Part shown: in pieces, positions 57,722 to 64,000 of the stretch
Layout of the letters: the number at the start of each line of letters is the position of its first letter
How positions within the stretch are numbered: the stretch's first letter is position 1
Sequence record: MH791411.1
DNA: 64,000 nt
Reading direction: 5' to 3' (one strand)
Translations under genes and position numbers: made by a program
Notes under the pieces: generated by a model
The model's input: the letters and a program-made list of their open reading frames with translations, nothing else
Told to the model about the DNA's origin: nothing
The model's database searches: none

Positions 57722-58333
57722 TTAATATTCGATTGATTCCACTACGCCATCAATAACATTGAATTGATACTCGTTACCCTCAATCAGTGCCGTAATGTTT
57801 TCAGTAGTGAATTGATCCTCATATGCATTCTCTAAATCACGGTACAACTTGCGGGACAATTCACGAATAGTTTCAGTGAGTAGTTCCTCAAGCTCATTAA
57901 CTAACGTTTCTTGTTTTGCGGTTAAATCAGTGTAAGCCGATTCAATGTACCCGCTTACAGTATTCTCATGCGAGTAGTGGGAGTGCGAACGTTTTACACT
58001 CATCGCCAAATCATCTTCATTCAGCAAGTGACGGATTGAGCGATACTTAGTTAATGCTCTTACCTTGCGTAAAAACTTCACTGCGTCAACGTGGTCAGTA
58101 CTGATTGATGCACCGTCACCCTGGGACCAAAAACCACTGAATTGTATTTCAGCGTCATTAATGCCATATTCCGGTAGTACTGTTTCTTTATAGTATTCAA
58201 TTTCACTTTCAGAAAAATAATTGTCGTTTGAGTTTTTTTCACGTTCCCGAACCAGTTCGATAGCTGACGTTTGTTGTTCTGCGTTCAATTCAGAAAAAGC
58301 CATAACATAAGTAGTAGTAGTGATAGTTTTCAT
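57722..58333 (-). CDS. Protein of family often annotated as toxin-antitoxin antitoxin
   Basis: TYVMAFSELN..FSGFWSQGDGAS..LYRDLENAYE; family recalled, function unproven. Confidence 0.55.
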   Translation of the reverse strand: MKTITTTTYVMAFSELNAEQQTSAIELVREREKNSNDNYFSESEIEYYKETVLPEYGINDAEIQFSGFWSQGDGASISTDHVDAVKFLRKVRALTKYRSIRHLLNEDDLAMSVKRSHSHYSHENTVSGYIESAYTDLTAKQETLVNELEELLTETIRELSRKLYRDLENAYEDQFTTENITALIEGNEYQFNVIDGVVESIEY

Positions 58334-58400
58334 TTTGTAACCCTCATTCAGTAGTTGATGTAAGTATTATACGCTTTTAAAAACATTTGTCAAACTATTT

Positions 58401-58478
58401 TATCAGGGGAGTTTTTCGTGTGCCTTACTCCTGGGCTACTTAACGGGAAGTTACTTATTTCGTTCCCCGTCCTGATGT
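58401..58478 (-). ncRNA. Promoter-driven ORF-less structured RNA, copy 2
   Basis: Near-identical to 47186-47262; -10 at 58484. Confidence 0.6.
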
Positions 58479-58557
58479 AAAACATTATACGCCTTTAAAC
58501 ATAGTTTGCAAGTACTTTTTAAAAATAGTTTTCAGTACTGAATAGTAAAAAAAAGTA

Positions 58558-58730
58558 TTGACAGCATTATCAAGTACTGGTATAATATACCCCATGACAA
58601 CAGCTAACCCACCGGGTGCACAATTGTAACTATACTAAACTAATTTTTCTATAGATACACTCCCGCACCCTATGGGCTACGGCTTATCTGCCAATGAATA
58701 CATTATGCCAGTACTGACAAAATAAGTCAA
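58558..58730. promoter_or_regulatory. Convergent promoter pair, each followed by an RCCC-hairpin
   Basis: + TTGACA-17-TATAAT (58558/58581), motif 58606; - TTGACT-17-CATAAT (58725/58702), motif 58665. Confidence 0.8.
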
Positions 58731-58760
58731 TACCGGCAATTGTAAAGATTTGTAAACTGC

Positions 58761-58991
58761 TTATACTGCAATCGCGTCCAGGCTATAATAATAATAAGTG
58801 CCGTATTGGTGTACTTTATTACCTTTTATTTCAGTACTGAATGAATCCGAACGGTTTGCATATGATGTTAATTTAAAGTACTTTGATTTGCTGATACGTT
58901 GCCATACACCACAGATCCGCTGTAAGTAAGTAGTTTTATTCGTGGTAGTATCTTTTACGGTTTTAACTTCAGTCATATACATATTAGTCAT
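58761..58991 (-). CDS. Early hypothetical protein
   Basis: Own cassette. Confidence 0.7.
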   Translation of the reverse strand: MTNMYMTEVKTVKDTTTNKTTYLQRICGVWQRISKSKYFKLTSYANRSDSFSTEIKGNKVHQYGTYYYYSLDAIAV

Positions 58992-59078
58992 TTTCATTAC
59001 TCCAGGTTATAGGCGGGAAGAGTTCCCGCTCTCGATGTAAAACATTATACGCCATTAAACATAGTTTGCAAGTACTTT

Positions 59079-59345
59079 TTATTCAAGTACTGCAATCTTT
59101 TTAGTACGGTACACGGTCACGCGGTTGCCCTTTCGGTCGAGCTTTATTTCTACCACTCGACGCGATACACTATCGGGACTTTTTAAGGCCGCTAACCAGT
59201 ACTGTAATGATCTGGCGGTACTACGCTTTACAATGGCCCAACGTTTACCACGTTCCGATTGTACGCCCATATCTTTAAACGTTGCCCCGTCCTGGCGTGC
59301 GGCGATCCGAGCTTGTTCACGCGTCGCAAAATACTTAATTTTCAT
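59079..59345 (-). CDS. Early protein, paralogue of 45669-46064
   Basis: YFATREQARIAAR. Confidence 0.8.
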   Translation of the reverse strand: MKIKYFATREQARIAARQDGATFKDMGVQSERGKRWAIVKRSTARSLQYWLAALKSPDSVSRRVVEIKLDRKGNRVTVYRTKKIAVLE

Positions 59346-59431
59346 GCTGTTGCCCTTATCGTTGGTGTATGAATAAAACACTATTATAAAGTACTATCGC
59401 AAAAAAATGATAGTACTTTAAATAAATTCTA

Positions 59432-59671
59432 TTACATTCCAACCATCGCCGCACGGATCGCAGTAGTGCTATATTTGAATCCGTCCGGTGTTTTATCTTG
59501 TCCAGTCTGTTCTAAAAATAACATCATATGACGGGCCGCATCATTGCGATTAGTGCTATCGTTAATAAAGTCCTGGGCCAACCGATACAATCCCTCATCG
59601 TTATTAATCCAAAGGCTTACATTCCAATGAGTTTTGTTTTTGTGACCTAAGAACATTTTTGATTTAGCCAT
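59432..59671 (-). CDS. Early protein, paralogue of 57392-57631
   Basis: GHKNKTHWNVSLWINNDE. Confidence 0.8.
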   Translation of the reverse strand: MAKSKMFLGHKNKTHWNVSLWINNDEGLYRLAQDFINDSTNRNDAARHMMLFLEQTGQDKTPDGFKYSTTAIRAAMVGM

Positions 59672-59764
59672 TTTTTTAATCCTCTTATATAGTGGGGAAC
59701 TATTCCCCACCTGATGTAAAACATTATACGCCATTAAACATAGTTTGCAAGTACTTTATTAAAC

Positions 59765-60127
59765 TTATTTGTAAATTTTGCCACTGTCAGCCCATACCAG
59801 GAAACGAGGCATATTATCCCATGCATCTTGTTTTAAGTTTAAGCCGTGCAATTCCTCAGTTGTTGCCATCCCTGGTACTGGCTTACTACACACCGCGAAA
59901 TTTTCGCCCATATACTGATAAACCATCGTCAAATCATTTGAGATCATTATATGGATCATTGAATCCAGCATCAAAGTAGCGGCGTATTGTTCACGCTTAA
60001 GCGGCAACATTGCAATAAGTTCCCGATAAGCTGCAATGTGAATTTTTACAGTTTCAGCCGGAAGACCTTTCATCTCATCGCGGAAGTTTACCAGGTTAAG
60101 CATGATTTTATTGATTTGAGTCGCCAT
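59765..60127 (-). CDS. First early protein of region
   Basis: Start reassigned to MATQIN. Confidence 0.75.
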   Translation of the reverse strand: MATQINKIMLNLVNFRDEMKGLPAETVKIHIAAYRELIAMLPLKREQYAATLMLDSMIHIMISNDLTMVYQYMGENFAVCSKPVPGMATTEELHGLNLKQDAWDNMPRFLVWADSGKIYK

Positions 60128-60241
60128 CGTTTTAATCTCTCTTAATGTGTAGCGGGAAGTGTTCCCGCTCTCGATGTAAAACATTATACGCTTTTATCAG
60201 TACGGTGCAAGTACTTTCTACAAATACTTTTAAAATAGTTT

Positions 60242-60328
60242 TCTTTCTATATAGGAGTACTATTATTCAGTACTGCAATCATCCAGGGGAACTATCTTTC
60301 TATATAGGAGTACTATTATTCAGTACTG
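60242..60328. repeat. 34-bp direct repeat, each copy with two AGTACT
   Basis: tctttctatataggagtactattattcagtactg at 60242 and 60295. Confidence 0.9.
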
Positions 60329-60490
60329 AATCAATCCACTAAATCATCCCTATACCCCGTAAAACGTCCTCAGACGCATTCTAACGCATTAATACACATA
60401 AGCTATACATTTGCACCATTCCAATCATTCCAGGGCTTTACAGGCCGTTTAAACGCGTTAAATTATTTTCAATTATTTTGTTTTTAGGTA

Positions 60491-60860
60491 TTGACTTGAT
60501 CCTGAAAAAGCGTATAATTACTACATAGACGCGAGAAAGCGGATACCCCAGGGGGTGGGAAGATCCGTCCAAAATTCAAGATATAAAAAAAGGATACACT
60601 CCCGCACCCTAGCAGGTAAACGCACTTTCTCAGTACTGAAATATAGTACCATAGTCCGGCCCAGGATAGCAAGCAAATTAATTAAAACTTTTTTGCTTCC
60701 AGGGTATTGCTTTATTTTTCCAGTACTGTATAATAGTTCCATCAAGTCGAGAAAGACTCAAGCCCACCGGGTGCATAGTTACGCCCAAAATTCAGTACTG
60801 AAAAAATTTTTAAAAATATCCGGCCAGGCCGTTGACATTGCCCCCAGTTTATAAGATAAT
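60491..60860 (+). promoter_or_regulatory. Three tandem rightward sigma70 promoters with no downstream ORF
   Basis: TTGACT-16-TATAAT (60491), TTGCTT-16-TATAAT (60707), TTGACA-17-GATAAT (60832). Confidence 0.8.
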
Positions 60861-60956
60861 GATTCCAGATTCAGAAAAATCTAACACCAGATACTGCGGG
60901 GAAACTATCCCCACGCGGTAGGGGAACTATTGGAAAAAACAAAATAAAATTTTGAT

Positions 60957-61100
60957 TTAGCCGTCTATACTTCCAGACGTGTAACCATCTAGCCGTTTAG
61001 CCGTCCAAACGTCTAGCCATCCAGCCATCCAGAAATCTAGCCGTTTAGCCGTCTAGATGGATAGCCATCTTTACTTCCAGACTTCTGGAGGGCTAGACAT
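60957..61100. repeat. 18 in-register degenerate 8-bp units
   Basis: ttagccgt ctatactt ccagacgt gtaaccat ctagccgt ttagccgt ccaaacgt ctagccat ccagccat ... ctagacat. Confidence 0.85.
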
Positions 61101-61267
61101 ATCTACGCCCAAAATCCATCCAGGGTAACTACGCCCAAAATCCGTCAGTACTATACCATAGATCTATCTTTTGAAAGGGAGTATTCAGTACTGCCATCAT
61201 AGCCCTCACTATGTTACCCTAGGAGGATGAAGACCATCATGTAGTACTGAATACTGTTAGAGGGAAT

Positions 61268-61287
61268 CCACCAGCTTGTGCTGGTGG
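61268..61287. other. Back-to-back Chi sites (CCACCAGC-TTGT-GCTGGTGG)
   Basis: Exact Chi octamer on both strands; further Chi at 41272, 43074, 44978, 47326, 48575, 49525, 50035, 54314 (minus strand) and 54376, 1597 (plus strand). Confidence 0.85.
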
Positions 61288-62166
61288 CATAATGCTTTAG
61301 ATTAAAATCAGTACTGACACCATTCTGTTAATATCAGTACTGTTATTACGATTTTCATATGAGGTTCAAAAAGATGTACCACCACAGGAGGAACTATCTT
61401 TTCTGTACTGTCTCACGACAGGAGGTAGAGTAAATGAATTGTTCGCAGCAACTCATCACCCTATGTAGAACATTATACAGTACTGAATCATAAAGTCAAT
61501 AACTTTCTTTCATCTTTCAGTACTGATATTCTTGAGAACTACCCGACTACAAACATCATTATATCCCACAAATCATAAACGTCCCAACGTAAATTTCAAC
61601 TTTCGAAGATCCAACTTTTATTTCATAGGTACTCCAAAATTTTTAGGATCGAGATTTAGGATGGAGTACTAACCAACTTTTTGCTGGAGCCTCAAGGGGT
61701 AATGGAATTTTACCCCGAAGGGTAAAGGGGTAATTGAAATTAAGGTGAAAGTAATAATTCAGTACTAATCATTGCGTGATTACTTTTGATTACATTTGAT
61801 GTAATTTGCAAAATGGAAAAGGAGCTTGGAAACTACAAAGTACGGCAGACTTCCTCTGCCTACTTAGTGGGATATCGCCACCTTCAGTACTGAATACTTT
61901 TAGGGCAGTACTGAATCCTTCCCTAGCATTCTTGAGTAATCTTGTCTATAATAATCAGTACTGAATCATATATAATCATTCTGTGATTCTACGGTGCTCA
62001 TATAAATGTTTATATATGATTACTTATGACTACATATGATTACGGGGTTTAGCCTGGGGAGAATCCTAGTGATCGCATTTGTCCAGGCTGAATTTTAACA
62101 ATTCTTCTAATTGTTAAAGCCTGTCCAATGCTTTCCCTGCGGAGCTTCCCCTGTCTATATGTTGAA

Positions 62167-62373
62167 TTACTTCCTATATATAAGCATTAACATATAGTAG
62201 TACTGATTATGCTGTACATTCTCTTTAATATTATAAGGGTCTATAGCAATCTCGGTACATCTGTTAAATGCATATCTATTAAATGCCAGTACTATTATAG
62301 ATCTAATCCATGCTTGGTCAGTCGGTGGTAGTTTACTTATATAGTACTCTTTATAGTTTTTTATGTTCTGCAT
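62167..62373 (-). CDS. Family C paralogue
   Basis: KEYYISKLP..YYMLMLIYRK. Confidence 0.75.
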   Translation of the reverse strand: MQNIKNYKEYYISKLPPTDQAWIRSIIVLAFNRYAFNRCTEIAIDPYNIKENVQHNQYYYMLMLIYRK

Positions 62374-62384
62374 AGTATACCTTA

Positions 62385-62576
62385 TTATTTCAAAGTACCA
62401 TATAGTACTCTTAATAGGAAGTAGTACGTATTAGAGATATCATTAGTAGTTAAAACAATCTTTGTACACATATTAAATTCGTATTGAGTCATTGCCAGGG
62501 GGATTAAATTGTTAACCCATGCTTGTTCGTTTTCTTTTAGTTTACTTATATAGAAATCTTTATGTTCTTTATTCAT
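62385..62576 (-). CDS. Family C paralogue
   Basis: HKDFYISKL. Confidence 0.75.
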   Translation of the reverse strand: MNKEHKDFYISKLKENEQAWVNNLIPLAMTQYEFNMCTKIVLTTNDISNTYYFLLRVLYGTLK

Positions 62577-62778
62577 ATAGGAATAGTATACCTATGATGC
62601 CGGAGTACATATTAGTACTGTTATTATTGTCGTTTGCGTTTAAAGTCATTTGAATACAATTATTGTAGCATACTCTGCCGAAATAAGTATCAGTACTTAA
62701 AGGTGCTGTAGTCCTTAGAAACATTTGTTCTGTGGGGCTGAGGTGTTTGGAGTAGAATTCTTTATGTTCTTTATTCAT
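62569..62778 (-). CDS. Family C paralogue
   Basis: HKEFYSKHL. Confidence 0.75.
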   Translation of the reverse strand: MNKEHKEFYSKHLSPTEQMFLRTTAPLSTDTYFGRVCYNNCIQMTLNANDNNNSTNMYSGIIGILFLYE

Positions 62779-62783
62779 ATTAG

Positions 62784-62969
62784 TTAGTGTCTGTATATAA
62801 GTAATAGTAAGAATACGTACTGCACCTGTTCATCTTTAGTATTGAGTACTGTACGTATTGCGTCATGGAACAAGAATATAGTACTTGGGTCATTAGAATT
62901 TAAGGGGTTTACGGGGACGGCGTGTTTGTAGTTCCCTTTAACAAATTGTGTGTAGTATTCTCTATGCAT
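62784..62969 (-). CDS. Family C paralogue
   Basis: HREYYTQF. Confidence 0.75.
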   Translation of the reverse strand: MHREYYTQFVKGNYKHAVPVNPLNSNDPSTIFLFHDAIRTVLNTKDEQVQYVFLLLLIYRH

Positions 62970-62970
62970 A

Positions 62971-63159
62971 TCAGTACCTATATATTAGGGCGAGAATGTA
63001 GTACAGTTTATATGTATTATAATCTGGGTTGATAGCACATAGTGTGTGGTAGTGGAATTGTTTGGTATTTTTCTTATCCTTGATATCTATTGGGTTTAGT
63101 GGTATAAGCATTTGGGAGTTTAGTTCCAGATGGTTTAAGTAGAATTCTTTGTTATTCAT
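62971..63159 (-). CDS. Family C paralogue
   Basis: NKEFYLNHL. Confidence 0.75.
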   Translation of the reverse strand: MNNKEFYLNHLELNSQMLIPLNPIDIKDKKNTKQFHYHTLCAINPDYNTYKLYYILALIYRY

Positions 63160-63358
63160 AGAAGAATATTAGTCCCATTACGCCTGAGTACTGAATATTT
63201 TTGTTATTGTTTTCTAAAGCTTCTAGAGTAATACGTATACAATTATTAAAGCAATCTCTGGCGTGTGGTGTATCTAAACTTAAAGGTGATACACTCCTTA
63301 GAAACATTTGTTCTGATGCACTGAGGTGTTTGGTGTAAAATTCTTTCTGTTCGTTCAT
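63152..63358 (-). CDS. Family C paralogue
   Basis: QKEFYTKHL; close copy of 62569. Confidence 0.75.
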   Translation of the reverse strand: MNEQKEFYTKHLSASEQMFLRSVSPLSLDTPHARDCFNNCIRITLEALENNNKNIQYSGVMGLIFFYE

Positions 63359-63368
63359 ATTGGCCTCT

Positions 63369-63602
63369 TTAGTACACGAAAGCTAGGTACAGGGTATGAT
63401 ACAGTACTCGATGATAGCTATCAAAATCTAGTATACATGCTTTAGTGCACATAGTAAAGTACACTTTATCGTTTTGAGCATTGATACCGCGAGGTTTATC
63501 TAATAGATTAGTACTGAGGTACATTGGGAAATATTTTGTGTAGTATTCTTTATGCATATTAGTACCTGAATATAAGTAGGATAGTGTTATATAATTGGTC
63601 AT
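63369..63602 (-). CDS. Family C paralogue
   Basis: HKEYYTKYFP; true start probably MHKEYY. Confidence 0.7.
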   Translation of the reverse strand: MTNYITLSYLYSGTNMHKEYYTKYFPMYLSTNLLDKPRGINAQNDKVYFTMCTKACILDFDSYHRVLYHTLYLAFVY

Positions 63603-63747
63603 AGCTACTACTATTTTCTATACTGCGTTCTATGCAATTATTGAATCCCAGTACTGCCAAATCGTTATCCAGGGGGACTTTATATCTGGCGTAGTGTTCA
63701 AAAATACTGGGGAGAAATTGTGTGTAGTATTCTTTGTGGTTGTTCAT
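63559..63747 (-). CDS. Family C paralogue
   Basis: HKEYYTQFLP. Confidence 0.75.
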   Translation of the reverse strand: MNNHKEYYTQFLPSIFEHYARYKVPLDNDLAVLGFNNCIERSIENSSSYDQLYNTILLIFRY

Positions 63748-63748
63748 A

Positions 63749-63940
63749 TTAGTACTTATATATTAGTAAAAGGATGTGATACAGTACTCTATTATAGTCC
63801 TCAATATCTATCGAGGATTTAGTGCACTTAATGAAATAGTCTTTTTCGTAGTCTTTTTCTATACTCAATTGTTTTGTTGGTACAAGGTGTTGGAGATACA
63901 TTGGGAGTTTCTCTATGTAGTATTCTTTGTGGTTATTCAT
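63749..63940 (-). CDS. Family C paralogue
   Basis: HKEYYIEKLP. Confidence 0.75.
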   Translation of the reverse strand: MNNHKEYYIEKLPMYLQHLVPTKQLSIEKDYEKDYFIKCTKSSIDIEDYNRVLYHILLLIYKY

Positions 63941-63948
63941 ATTATGTG

Positions 63949-64000
63949 TTATTTCGTGAAAACAAGGGTTAGTACTGCATAGTACAAGTCATACGTATCT
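63949..64000 (-). CDS. Family C paralogue, partial (5' end outside window)
   Basis: Manual: ..DTYDLYYAVLTLVFTK*. Confidence 0.6.
   Translation of the reverse strand, partial: DTYDLYYAVLTLVFTK

Larger units (their letters stand above)
40770..60215 (-). promoter_or_regulatory. At least 24 dispersed sigma70 promoter + 5' stem-loop + SD cassettes (PeSL-like)
   Basis: TTG(A/C)(C/A)A-16/17-TATAAT then TTTACATCRAG-GGGGA(N3-5)TTCCCC; -10 boxes at 40798, 41666, 42307, 42643, 43194, 43688, 43994, 46540, 46811, 47267, 47804, 48102, 50828, 51264, 51867, 52096, 53902, 54221, 55770, 56087, 56555, 57682, 58484, 59044, 59723, 60183. Confidence 0.9.
40064..61300 (-). other. Early/host-takeover region, probable long direct terminal repeat
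   Basis: Abrupt change in codon style and GC; one promoter per gene; Chi clustering; non-coding repeat block at right end. Terminal-repeat status is inference. Confidence 0.55.
1..64000. repeat. Highly iterated palindrome AGTACT (often CAGTACTG)
   Basis: Hand counts: 7 in 1-1000, 12 in 61001-62000, versus about 0.3-0.4 per kb expected from composition; seen throughout. Confidence 0.9.

Noticed and set aside
40743-60184. Shared N-termini such as MFYIERG.., MYNVL.. on several early ORFs suggesting a common peptide
   Set aside because: Artefact of translating through the repeated promoter/hairpin cassette; true starts follow the SD downstream.
60904-60930. TATCCCC-N8-GGGGAAC matches the flanks and spacing of the type I-E CRISPR repeat (possible RNA anti-CRISPR mimic)
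   Set aside because: Single copy; the inner stem is broken; the adjacent promoter transcribes the anti-crRNA strand; GGGGAACTAT(T)CCCC is the local leader-hairpin family, which explains the match. A cheap Cas6e cleavage test could still be run.
576-63982. Plus-strand ORFs and nested alternative-frame ORFs in the ORF track (e.g. 576-869, 23015-23434, 40559-40903, 48041-48451, 60484-60854)
   Set aside because: They overlap better-supported minus-strand genes or promoters, and lack SD and family motifs; treated as shadow ORFs.
1-64000. tRNA genes, integrase/transposase, diversity-generating retroelement or recoded stop codons as explanations for the arrays
   Set aside because: No cloverleaf/TTCRA-CCA pattern, RT or recombinase motifs were seen; ORFs tile tightly under the standard code.

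Overview
64 kb of an AT-rich lytic jumbo-phage genome; an enterobacterial RaK2/CBB-like myovirus is my inference from gene content and style. Essentially all real genes are on the minus strand. Four zones: (1) 1-5.6 kb: an HxGH nucleotidyltransferase, a phage N6-adenine methyltransferase and a ~600 nt structured non-coding stretch. (2) 5.6-39.8 kb: two large paralogue arrays, family A (~50 genes of 100-280 aa sharing an E-E-x-x-F-Q-x-S-[LT]-[VIL] motif) and family B (32 genes of 63-95 aa sharing [LIV]-G-T-[ND]-[YF]-Q-E). (3) ~40-61.3 kb: a visibly more GC-rich early/host-takeover region, probably a long terminal repeat. Nearly every gene there has its own sigma70 promoter plus 5' stem-loop cassette. 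It encodes a protein kinase, GNAT, TraR/DksA, H-NS-like and ParE-like proteins, and holds two families of repeated structured RNA elements and 11 Chi sites with biased polarity. (4) 60.3-62.1 kb non-coding repeats, then a third paralogue array (family C). The palindrome AGTACT is strongly over-represented throughout and is positioned inside promoters. No tRNA, rRNA, CRISPR array, integrase or structural gene was recognised. All family assignments are by eye, without database searches.
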